Shown here: one piece after another, positions 8,349-16,851 of the stretch | Position numbering within the stretch: the stretch's first letter is position 1 | Layout: each line of letters starts with the position of its first letter | Assembly (NCBI GenBank): GCA_018400815.1 | Contig: JAGYLS010000025.1 | Location: forward strand, 1 to 21,580 | DNA: 21,580 nucleotides | Origin: Candidatus Oleincola secundus | Lineage (GTDB): Bacteria > Atribacterota > Phoenicimicrobiia > Phoenicimicrobiales > Stramentimicrobiaceae | Direction of reading: 5' to 3' | Notes under the pieces: model-generated | Databases searched by the model: none | What the model was told of the DNA's origin: nothing | Seen by the model: the letters and a program-made list of their open reading frames with translations, nothing else | Translations under genes and position numbers: made by a program

Positions 8349-8740
8349 CTATCTATTTTCCCGTGGATAAGCATCAAGTACTTTCAAATAATTTGCTCTT
8401 TCAAAAACAGCAGGCTCAGAAATTGATTTCTGACTCAGAGAACCATAAATTTGCTGAATTGACTGATAATTCTTGGCTTCCAGCCATTTTTCTAAATCTT
8501 GCAATAGTGATTCCACATGACTATTTCCCTTTTCAAGCAATGCTGAAGCAAGCATGGTCACAGCGGCTTCTTTTCTCTAAATCCTCCTGTTCTTCAAATA
8601 AAGAAGGCAAGACAATTGCCGCAGCCCCTCTTTTTTTCTAATTCCCGAATAGTTTCAATATTTTCTCCCAACGGAGAAGAAGAAACAACGATAGGATTCT
8701 TAAGCTTTAAGCCTGAATATTCAACAGATAAATCAATCAT
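8349..8740 (-). pseudogene. Dihydroorotate dehydrogenase-like protein pseudogene (frameshift plus large internal deletion)
   Basis: From ATG 8740 (RBS AGGAGG): MIDLSVEYSGLKLKNPIVVSSSPLGENIETIRELEK. An extra base in an A7 run (8631-8637) shifts the frame, which continues RGAAAIVLPSLFEEQ. It then jumps out of frame near 8570 to the family C-terminus AAVTMLASALL...FERANYLKVL. The catalytic middle is missing. Confidence 0.85.
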
Positions 8741-8770
8741 ATTAACTCCCTCCTATAAATAATACTTTTA

Positions 8771-10276
8771 TTAATTTAACAAATCTTCCGAACGATCAAG
8801 AGGAATACGGTAAATTTCCAAAATTTCCTGATTACTTTCTGTTACTTTTTCTTTATCAAGTATAACTTTTTTATTCCACTGATCTTCAAATATAATATAT
8901 GGTTCCTGAGAATTTTCAATTTTCTCAACCAGGTCATGCATATTCCATATTTTTTCCCCGTTCACTCGATCAACTACCCAGGTATTTACATTCTGATAAC
9001 CCTGGTTGACTTCTGCAGCCAGAGCCTTTAACAAAACTACAATCTGCTGATCTTCTTTTTCAGGAATATTATTTAATAATTGACATACCAATTCTCTTGG
9101 CGCAGATTGAGCCCATTGAGAACCCCAAATATTTAACAAATCCTTTGTAAGAGGGCAAAAAACCAGACCACCACAAATATAATAAGAAGGCAGGGTTTCA
9201 TATTGTTCCATGGGTACTAGGCGGTCCTTTTTTAAAGACCGGGAAAGATTAAACTTCACTTCTTCCCTTTCTCCTTCCCTTAAAAAAGTCAATTCAATGT
9301 CCTCGCCAATTTGCTTTTGTTGAATAACATAGTTAAGATGCGTTCTTTCATTAGTACGAAACTCAATAGTCCCGTCATTACCAATCGTATAATCTTCGAT
9401 GGAGAGTAATACATCACCAATCTTCAGATTTCCATCAGCGGGAGAACCCGGAACAATCTGGTTAATCAATATGCCGCTCATTTCTGTTTCCATTTGATAA
9501 TATTCGCGTAATCCTTCGTTTTCCATATCCTGTATACTTATACCCAGACTTGGATAACCATCATACATACCGTCTTCCAGGTCCTTAAAAAAATGGCGAA
9601 TAATAGGAACCGGTACCATGTAGCCAATATTTTGAGCAGAGGGAATTCCGGCCATGACTACACCAACAATTTTATCATCCACCAATACCGGTCCACCGCT
9701 ATTACCGGGATTAATGGCGGCATCAATTTGCCCTGCCAGAAAAACATTAGAGCTATGGACATAAGGTTGGTGTTCAATTCGCGAGATCACGCCCTTGGTG
9801 ATGCTTAACATATCTCCACCCATTGGAAATCCATAAACCAAAACTTCCTGCTGAGTCTCCGGTAATTCACCCAGCGACAAAGCGGGTTCTCCCTCAAAGA
9901 AATTCGAATCCTCTACCGTCAACAAAGCCAGGTCAGTTAAATGAGATACGGCTACAACCTGAGCACTGTATCGTTGGGTATCACCATATTTACGTACCTG
10001 CAGAAAAGTTTGGTTGCTGACTACATGAGCATTTGTCAATATCAAACTGCCTTCTATTATGCATCCGGAGCCAGAGCTAGATCTTGGACCTTGCATGCTC
10101 CAGGGATTATAATAATCAGGTGAATTGCTTACCGTGTATACCTTGACAATGGCTTCTCTAACATTTTGAGAGGCAAATGAAATAGAGTATAGAAAAGTAA
10201 ATATCAATAATAAAACAAATATTAAGGTCATTGCTAATCTTCTGTTGATTCTTAATAATATCTTTCCTCTTAACAT
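8771..10276 (-). CDS. Trypsin-like Deg/HtrA serine protease with PDZ domain(s) (Deg2-like), N-terminal signal peptide or anchor
   Basis: Catalytic motifs LTNAHVV, DLALL and IDAAINPGNSGGP. PDZ-like PGSPADG...GDVLLSI. Hydrophobic N-terminus. GGAGG RBS. Confidence 0.9.
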   Translation of the reverse strand: MLRGKILLRINRRLAMTLIFVLLLIFTFLYSISFASQNVREAIVKVYTVSNSPDYYNPWSMQGPRSSSGSGCIIEGSLILTNAHVVSNQTFLQVRKYGDTQRYSAQVVAVSHLTDLALLTVEDSNFFEGEPALSLGELPETQQEVLVYGFPMGGDMLSITKGVISRIEHQPYVHSSNVFLAGQIDAAINPGNSGGPVLVDDKIVGVVMAGIPSAQNIGYMVPVPIIRHFFKDLEDGMYDGYPSLGISIQDMENEGLREYYQMETEMSGILINQIVPGSPADGNLKIGDVLLSIEDYTIGNDGTIEFRTNERTHLNYVIQQKQIGEDIELTFLREGEREEVKFNLSRSLKKDRLVPMEQYETLPSYYICGGLVFCPLTKDLLNIWGSQWAQSAPRELVCQLLNNIPEKEDQQIVVLLKALAAEVNQGYQNVNTWVVDRVNGEKIWNMHDLVEKIENSQEPYIIFEDQWNKKVILDKEKVTESNQEILEIYRIPLDRSEDLLN

Positions 10277-10403
10277 TATTTTCCTCCAGTTTATAAAATT
10301 TTCTACAATTATTGTATACTATAAAGCTATTATTGGACAAATCAATTGTATTCATTATTTTCTACCGTAGCAAGAAAATGATTTGAAAAAAATGACATTC
10401 TTG

Positions 10404-10432
10404 TTCAAAATACGGAGAACTGATGATATAAT
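10404..10432 (+). promoter_or_regulatory. Putative sigma-70 promoter for the Na/Pi cotransporter
   Basis: TTCAAA-N17-TATAAT with extended -10 (TGaTATAAT). Confidence 0.45.
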
Positions 10433-10509
10433 TAAAAAGTTGTTGGTTTAGTTACATATTATCAGAAAATTAAAATTATAAAAATACAAAATAAGGAATA
10501 AAACATTTT

Positions 10510-12129
10510 ATGAATTTATCTTTAATTTTTGGCTTGATTGGCGGATTGGGATTATTTTTATTTGGCATGCAACAACTAAGTGAGGGATTGCAAAAAATTG
10601 CCGGTAATAAAATTCATCAGGTATTGGAGGTTCTTTCTAAAAACCCAATTAAAGGAATTGTATCCGGTACGGTAATTACTGCAATATTACAAAGCAGCAG
10701 CGCAACCAGTATTATAACTATTGGTTTTGTTAATGCTGGCTTATTAAGTCTGAAACAAGCTATAAGCATTATTTTTGGTGCAAATATTGGAACAACTATA
10801 ACGGCACAGATTATTTCGTTCAATCTTAATGAATACATGCTTCCTGCCATAGGAATCGGTTTTGCCATTAATATGTTTGCCAAGAAAAAAGTCTATCAGT
10901 ATATAGGTTCTGTTATGATAGGCTTTGGTCTATTATTTTTAGGTCTTTCCACCATGTCCCATGCTTTGTATCCTTTAAGAGATGATCCTTTTTTTATTAA
11001 TCTATTGGTAAATATGGCTGACAATCCACTGCTTGGCATTTTTCTGGCAGCTGTTATTACTGCCGTTCTACAAAGCAGCAGCGCTGCCACAGCTATTATT
11101 ATTTCATTATCTATTCAGGGTTTGATTGGTTTAGGTGCTGCTATTCCTTTAATACTGGGCACCAATATAGGTACCTGTTTCACTGCGTTACTAGCTGTTA
11201 TAGGTAGTTCCATTACTGGTAAACGGGTAGCTTTAGGTCACCTGTTGTTTAATATTAGTGGAGTTATAATATTTTATCTATTTTTAAATCCATTTATTAC
11301 ACTCTCATCTATGACTGCTGCAACAATTCCGCGCCAAATTGCCAACGCCCACACTCTTTTCAATGTAACTAATACTTTTATTCTTTTGCCTTTCATTCCT
11401 TATTTATTAAAAATTCTAACTCGCGTGCTGCCCGGCGAAGAAAAGGTAATTAAAAAAGGGACCTTGTATCTTGATAAAAGCCTGGTTAACACTCCTTCCA
11501 TTGCCCTCGGGCAGGTAACCAAAGAATTAATACGTATGGGTAATATCTCCCTGGAAATGCTAAAAAATATCTTATTTGCCTTGCTTAATAACAATGAAAG
11601 AATTATTAAAGATACCAACATCAAAGAAGATGTCCTCGATACTATTCATCGCGAAATAACCAGTTATCTGATTATAGTTTCTCAAAAACCTCTGAGTCCA
11701 AAAGAATCGGAAAGTTTAAACAATCTTATGAATATATCTGCTCATCTCGAAAGAGTTGGCGATCATATCGAAAATATTGCAGATATGGCTCAAATCAAGA
11801 TCAACGAAAAATTACCTTTTAGTCAGAAGGCAGAGAAAGATTTGAAATATATCTTTTCCAAAGTTGAAAAATCACTTGGTTATTCCATTAAGGCTTTACA
11901 TGATCACAATATTGAAATGGCCACAGTGGTCACCAAAAGAGAAGATGATATTGATAGAGTCGAAGAAAGTTTGCGTAATGAGCATATTGACCGGCTAAAA
12001 AAACAAATCTGTAATCCTGAAGCAGGAATCATCTATATTGATATATTAAGCAACCTGGAAAGAATTGGAGATCATGCTTATGATATCAGCTTAATGGTAA
12101 TCGGTGAATTATCAAATTCCAGAGAATAA
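10510..12129 (+). CDS. Na/Pi cotransporter family protein with C-terminal PhoU-like domains
   Basis: GGLGLFLFGM, duplicated QSSSA motifs, GANIGTT / GTNIGT, ANAHTLFN. PhoU-like LERVGDH and LERIGDH repeats. Confidence 0.92.
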   Translation: MNLSLIFGLIGGLGLFLFGMQQLSEGLQKIAGNKIHQVLEVLSKNPIKGIVSGTVITAILQSSSATSIITIGFVNAGLLSLKQAISIIFGANIGTTITAQIISFNLNEYMLPAIGIGFAINMFAKKKVYQYIGSVMIGFGLLFLGLSTMSHALYPLRDDPFFINLLVNMADNPLLGIFLAAVITAVLQSSSAATAIIISLSIQGLIGLGAAIPLILGTNIGTCFTALLAVIGSSITGKRVALGHLLFNISGVIIFYLFLNPFITLSSMTAATIPRQIANAHTLFNVTNTFILLPFIPYLLKILTRVLPGEEKVIKKGTLYLDKSLVNTPSIALGQVTKELIRMGNISLEMLKNILFALLNNNERIIKDTNIKEDVLDTIHREITSYLIIVSQKPLSPKESESLNNLMNISAHLERVGDHIENIADMAQIKINEKLPFSQKAEKDLKYIFSKVEKSLGYSIKALHDHNIEMATVVTKREDDIDRVEESLRNEHIDRLKKQICNPEAGIIYIDILSNLERIGDHAYDISLMVIGELSNSRE

Positions 12130-12321
12130 CCGGGAAAAACAATATATTTCTTTACCTGTAAGCTCCAACAATATTTGTCCAAACCATTTTACCCTTATTA
12201 AAAATTGGTCTAATTATATTTTTATCAGACAAATAGATTGAAGGTACCGAAACTGGTAATTTTAGTTAATTTTACTTGACTCATCTGTTATGATTAGAAT
12301 TAGTGTAATATATTAGAGGTT

Positions 12322-13212
12322 ATGATGATTAAAATCCCTGAACGATTAATATATAGCCTTTCAGCAGTTTTTTCCCTGTCGCTTGCTATCTTCTTTAAAA
12401 AAAAGGCTTTATTATCTGAAATACTGCCGTTTGAACTATTAGTACAATTTATGGTTATTTCCGCTATTACTTTAACTCTGAATCTTTTTCTAATCCAGAG
12501 CAAACATGTTAAAAAAATTAAAAAAATAACTCAATCACAATGGTTATTTCTCTTCTTTGCAGGTACATTTCTATTAACTGCCTATCTTTTAACCACTTTC
12601 GGCCTTGAGTTTACTACATCAATTAATTATAGCTTTATTACCAGAAGTAATTTAATTTTTACAACAATTCTAGCTTACTTTTTCTTAAAAGAAAAAATGT
12701 ATTTAGAAAAATCATTATTAATCATTGGTTTTTTTGTTGGAATCTATCTTGTAACCACTAAAGGAAAAATCATTATCCCCCAAATTGGTGATCTGTTGAT
12801 TTTAACCGGTGCATTCTTTTTTGCTTCTTTTTCAGTAACACAGAAAAAAATTAGTGTTCATCTTCCACCGGAAATAATTAGCTGGGGTGTTACTACAATA
12901 GGAGCAATCCTTGCAATCCTGATAGGAATAATATTAAATGTTAGTTTATTACCAGGTACCGGTTTCATATTTGTATTTTTATCCGGGCTAACCGAAGCAC
13001 TCATTATTCTTTTCATGAATAAGACAATTCGAGTTGCTAATGTCACTTATTATGCTATGATGACTATGCTTATTCCCATAATTAATGGAATTCTCGGCTT
13101 TGTTTTTTTAAATGAGTTGCTAACTGCCATTCAAATTATTGGTGGTTCTATTCTTATTATCTGCGGTATTCTCGTCCAGAAGTTAAAATCTGAAAATCAT
13201 AGTTTGGCATAA
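12322..13212 (+). CDS. DMT superfamily (EamA-like) transporter
   Basis: 296 aa, about 10 hydrophobic segments in two repeats. LAYFFLKEK and GFVFLNE...QIIGGSILIICG EamA-type motifs. Confidence 0.85.
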   Translation: MMIKIPERLIYSLSAVFSLSLAIFFKKKALLSEILPFELLVQFMVISAITLTLNLFLIQSKHVKKIKKITQSQWLFLFFAGTFLLTAYLLTTFGLEFTTSINYSFITRSNLIFTTILAYFFLKEKMYLEKSLLIIGFFVGIYLVTTKGKIIIPQIGDLLILTGAFFFASFSVTQKKISVHLPPEIISWGVTTIGAILAILIGIILNVSLLPGTGFIFVFLSGLTEALIILFMNKTIRVANVTYYAMMTMLIPIINGILGFVFLNELLTAIQIIGGSILIICGILVQKLKSENHSLA

Positions 13213-13281
13213 AATATTCTCTTTTTAAAAATGTATTTTTTCTATAATATATTCCTGTAATAGGTGATCAAGTAAAATTAG

Positions 13282-13992
13282 CTATATAATGATTTTCATT
13301 CCGTCATATGCCAAAACTGCCTCAGGATATATTTCTGTAAAAGTATCTTCTTTGCTTAAGGTATTCTTCCCGATATGAGTAAAAATTATATTTTCTATTC
13401 CGAATTTTTTACACCAGTTAATTTGTGTAGGTATCCGGGTATGCCCATAGAAATTTTCTCCCTTTCTTCTCACCAGGTTTGTGTTAATGGTTGAACCATC
13501 ACCTATATAATAATCAGTACCAGGTAAAATATTCTCTTTAGCAATAATATCAACCAAATCGGGATTATAGACCACTACTTTATCATCAGGAAGTTGAATT
13601 TTAAAACCAACAGCAGGACAACGAACTGAATGCATTACTCGATAAGGCAAAATCTGAACAGGTCCAAGTGGAAACCATTGAAAGGGATAGAAAATATGAG
13701 GATTAACAGGGAAAAACTTACCGTATTCTAATGTTTCTATAGTTAAATAAACGGGTGTAGCATTATTTGCTTCCTCTTTAGTCCAGATATAATGATCAGG
13801 ATGAGCATGAGTAATAAGTATTGCATCTGGTTTCAATATACTCAAATCATAGGAATGAATAGTTCCATAATCAATCACTAAACGAAAAGAATAAGGATGC
13901 AATATTTGTAAAAGCAGAGAAGAATGATAATAATGATTCTCTGTCTTTTCTTCAATCTCTGCCCTGGTTCCCAGGAAAGTTAGTCTGGCCAT
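13282..13992 (-). CDS. MBL-fold metallo-hydrolase
   Basis: LTFLGT start, IDYG, HxHxDH motif (ITHAHPDH), downstream H (VMHS), D (NPD) and FTHIG. Confidence 0.85.
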   Translation of the reverse strand: MARLTFLGTRAEIEEKTENHYYHSSLLLQILHPYSFRLVIDYGTIHSYDLSILKPDAILITHAHPDHYIWTKEEANNATPVYLTIETLEYGKFFPVNPHIFYPFQWFPLGPVQILPYRVMHSVRCPAVGFKIQLPDDKVVVYNPDLVDIIAKENILPGTDYYIGDGSTINTNLVRRKGENFYGHTRIPTQINWCKKFGIENIIFTHIGKNTLSKEDTFTEIYPEAVLAYDGMKIII

Positions 13993-14018
13993 TAGGCATT
14001 CTCCTTATCCGGGTTTAT

Positions 14019-14456
14019 TTATGATAAATTAATTTTCAAAACTTCCTGGTAATATTTTAGAATTAAGGAATAAGCTGTTTTGGGGTCATTTGTATCTTTT
14101 GTTAATTTTTCCATGGGACATTGACCATTTTTGCTACGATTTTGAATATAATCAACATATTTTTCATATTGGTAAAATACTGAATATTGGTCCAACACTT
14201 CTTTTGCCTGTTGGCTAAGAATCTCTGTATAAATTTGCTTTACTTTATAAGCTACAGCCAATAGTGCTGCAGCTTTTCCAATCACCTTATCAGCAATCAC
14301 CGCTCCTTGCATCATATCTCGATTATCCCGAATCATTTCCATTAACGGGATAATTCCCTTTTTATGAGAAGTTTTTATTATTTTCCCATCCATCATTAAA
14401 ACAAAAGTGTATCTGTTTTTCTCTAAAATATCTTTCGCTCTTTCAAGATTGTTCAT
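14019..14456 (-). CDS. DUF1893 (TM1506-like) protein
   Basis: KGIIPL, IADKVIGKAAALL and YIQNRSKNGQCPMEK motifs; 145 aa. Confidence 0.8.
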   Translation of the reverse strand: MNNLERAKDILEKNRYTFVLMMDGKIIKTSHKKGIIPLMEMIRDNRDMMQGAVIADKVIGKAAALLAVAYKVKQIYTEILSQQAKEVLDQYSVFYQYEKYVDYIQNRSKNGQCPMEKLTKDTNDPKTAYSLILKYYQEVLKINLS

Positions 14457-14579
14457 ATAACCTTACCCTGTTTCATAGCTTGCTAGTTCTCTCAGTTATT
14501 ATATTCACTTTTCATGAATAATCAAGCTTTTGACAAAACATTCTTGAAATCTTTTAGAAGAATGACAACTAACTATATG

Positions 14580-14619
14580 AATAAAAAAAGACGGGCAGCA
14601 AAACCCGTCTTTTTTTATT
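14580..14619 (-). terminator. Intrinsic (potentially bidirectional) terminator after trpB2
   Basis: AATAAAAAAAGACGGG-CAGCAAAA-CCCGTCTTTTTTTATT: GC stem flanked by A7/T7 tracts, 3 nt after the trpB2 stop. Confidence 0.88.
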
Positions 14620-14622
14620 AGC

Positions 14623-15981
14623 TTAAACTTTTGGTAAATCATGCAAAGCCTGTTCGATTTTATCCTGAGAATATTCATGATCTTTTAGTTTACCGTCAAA
14701 ATAAGCCTGGTAAGCAGCCATATCAACATGACCATGCCCGCTCAAGGCAAGGAGAATAGTTTTTGCTTCACCTGATTCTCGGCATTTAATCGCTTCATCA
14801 ATAGTAGCACGAATAGCATGATCAGCCTCAGGTGCACTAATAATTCCCTCACTTCTGGCAAAATCCACACCAGCCTGGAAAGTACCTAATTGTTGTTCTG
14901 CCCGTGCTTCCACCAAACCTAAGTTCAACAAATGACAGATAATCGGCGCCATGCCATGATAGCGTAATCCACCGGCATGAACCGGGGGTGGAATAAATCC
15001 ATGGCCCAGTGTATACATTTTCATTAAAGGAGTCATGCCTGCTTCATCACCAAAATCATACCGATAAGGACCCCTGGTTAGAGTGGGGCAACTTGCTGGT
15101 TCAACATTGATAATTCTTAAGTCAGGGTATGTACCATCAATTTTATCTTTTATGAAAGGCAAGAACATGCCGGCAAAATTTGAGCCACCTCCTACACAAC
15201 CAATTATGATATCGGGATACTCGTTAATCTTTTCTAATGTTTTTTTAGTCTCCTGACCGATAACTGTTTGGTGTAATAAAACATGATTAAGTACACTACC
15301 CAGTGAGTAATGGGTATCTTCCCTGCTTACCGCCTCTTCCACTGCCTCGCTAATTGCTAATCCCAAACTACCTGGGCAATCAGGGTCTCTTGACAGGATT
15401 GCTCTACCCGCTTTTGTTTGTTCAGAGGGACTGGGTATGCAATCTGCACCCCAGACCTGCATCATGACTCTTCGATAAGGCTTTTGATTATAGCTTATTT
15501 TGACCATATAAACCTTGACTTCAATATCAAAGCAAGCGCCGGCAAAAGCCAGTGCACTGCCCCATTGACCGGCACCGGTCTCAGTGCTAATACGGTTAAT
15601 TCCTTCTTTTTTGTTATAATAAGCCTGGGCAACTGCAGTATTAATTTTATGACTTCCAGGCGGGCTGCTGCCTTCGTATTTATAATAAATTTTAGCAGGT
15701 GTTTTGAGTGCTTTTTCTAATCTTCTAGCCCGAAAAAGTGTTGTCGGCCTCCAGAGGCGATAAATACTTCTTACTTCATCCGGGATTTCAATATATCTCT
15801 CTGTACTTACTTCCTGTTTTATAAGCTCCATCGGGAATAAAGGCGCCAAATCTTCAGGCATGAGCGGTTTTTTTGTACCCGGATGTAATGATGGAGGCAA
15901 TGGTTCGGGCAAATCTGCCTGTATATTATACCAATATTGAGGTATCTCTTTTTCATCTAATATAAATTTGACTTGTTCCAT
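14623..15981 (-). CDS. trpB2: Tryptophan synthase beta chain type 2 (TrpB2), stand-alone
   Basis: [25 protein letters not shown] lysine motif [39 protein letters not shown]; 452 aa. No trpA adjacent. Confidence 0.92.
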   Translation of the reverse strand: MEQVKFILDEKEIPQYWYNIQADLPEPLPPSLHPGTKKPLMPEDLAPLFPMELIKQEVSTERYIEIPDEVRSIYRLWRPTTLFRARRLEKALKTPAKIYYKYEGSSPPGSHKINTAVAQAYYNKKEGINRISTETGAGQWGSALAFAGACFDIEVKVYMVKISYNQKPYRRVMMQVWGADCIPSPSEQTKAGRAILSRDPDCPGSLGLAISEAVEEAVSREDTHYSLGSVLNHVLLHQTVIGQETKKTLEKINEYPDIIIGCVGGGSNFAGMFLPFIKDKIDGTYPDLRIINVEPASCPTLTRGPYRYDFGDEAGMTPLMKMYTLGHGFIPPPVHAGGLRYHGMAPIICHLLNLGLVEARAEQQLGTFQAGVDFARSEGIISAPEADHAIRATIDEAIKCRESGEAKTILLALSGHGHVDMAAYQAYFDGKLKDHEYSQDKIEQALHDLPKV

Positions 15982-16040
15982 TTTTTAAATCCTTTCTTTT
16001 TATTTTTATTTTTAAAACGTTGAAAAATTAAATATACAGT

Positions 16041-16109
16041 TTATTTAGTTTCACAAATGTATATACCCCCTGGCGGGGGCCAACGCTTTTCTCTGATTAC
16101 CTCATACAA
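16041..16109 (-). CDS. Candidate 22-aa upstream/leader peptide MYEVIREKRWPPPGGIYICETK
   Basis: AAAGGAGGGGAT (close to a full anti-SD complement) 6 nt before TTG at 16109; TAA at 16041-16043. Lies between the second T-box terminator and trpB2. Confidence 0.4.
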   Translation of the reverse strand: MYEVIREKRWPPPGGIYICETK

Positions 16110-16183
16110 GGTTACATCCCCTCCTTTTATCGGACAATTTTATTTCCTTTTCTATTAACTATTCTTTTATATATAAACTTCCT

Positions 16184-16310
16184 AAAATAAAAAAAGACTT
16201 TTATCCCATATCCTATTTAAGGATTAAAGGGACGAAAAGTCTTTCGTGGTGCCACCCTTTTTCAAATTGTCTCTAATTAAGATTTATGTAAAGATTAAGA
16301 GACAATCGAC
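16184..16310 (-). ncRNA. Second, partial T-box module (stem III, antiterminator, terminator; no Stem I)
   Basis: Stem ATTGTCTCT/AGAGACAAT. T-box AAGGG-TGGCACC-ACGAAAG pairing with TTTTCGT-CCCTT (motif at 16245-16259). Terminator AGACTTTT..GTCCC / GGGAT-AAAAGTCT followed by a T tract. Confidence 0.85.
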
Positions 16311-16336
16311 TCTGTTAGGCTCGGATTAAGTGGGAC

Positions 16337-16633
16337 AAAACAAAAAACCTTTCACCAAGAGGCGAAAGGCTTTATTTTTCGTGTTGCCACTCTCGTTGAA
16401 ACAGTCAGATTACTTATAAAATGCCTGTTTCCACTTATTAAGGTACGGGCAATATTGATACCGATACCCTTTCCCCGTTCACGGAGGGAAACACCGTCAG
16501 AACCTACTTGAAATCTCTATTTCTTTCAGCCTGAAGCTTGTGGGTCCATTTAGTACATCAATGAGGCTGCTTCTCATCGGCAACAGCTTTCTGTACTCAT
16601 TAGCTTAAATACTTATTCTCCCACGCATTGCTT
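16337..16633 (-). ncRNA. T-box riboswitch, tryptophan specifier (UGG)
   Basis: Stem I GTGGG...CCCAC with AGTA loop-E, AG bulge (ACAGAAAG), apical GATGAGA and specifier AAA-TGG-A (16546-16548). Stem II with GAA/AGTA S-turn. Stem III GAAACAG/CTGTTTC. T-box GAGAG-TGGCAAC-ACG (16380-16394). Terminator GCCTTTCGCC-TCTT-GGTGAAAGGT plus T tract. Confidence 0.9.
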
Positions 16634-16713
16634 TTATTATATTATTTTTAACATTTTACCATGAATGTCAAGAAAACTGAAAAATAAATTTAATTCAATC
16701 CGGAACTTTCTTT

Positions 16714-16742
16714 TTAGTAAAAAAATAATGCTGTGTTATAAT
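16714..16742 (+). promoter_or_regulatory. Putative sigma-70 promoter for tamB
   Basis: Extended -10 TGTGTTATAAT (TATAAT at 16737-16742) with a weak -35 TTAGTA 17 nt upstream. Confidence 0.45.
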
Positions 16743-16851
16743 ATTTACAAGTCGTATATTGGCTGCTATTTTAAACCCCTCAATAATGTTTGTTTCTCAA
16801 ATCTTTTAGAAAAAGAGGGTTTTAAAATTAACTTTGAGAGGATAATTAATT

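Noticed and set aside
8631..8637. Programmed frameshift or phase variation at the A7 run in the DHODH-like gene
   Set aside because: Restoring the frame still leaves the catalytic core deleted, so simple decay or a sequencing error is more likely.
16636..16671. Promoter of the T-box leader (perfect TTGACA at 16671-16666 on the minus strand)
   Set aside because: A promoter must be nearby, but no good -10 sits 16-18 nt downstream (TATAAT is 24 nt away), so it is not listed as a feature.
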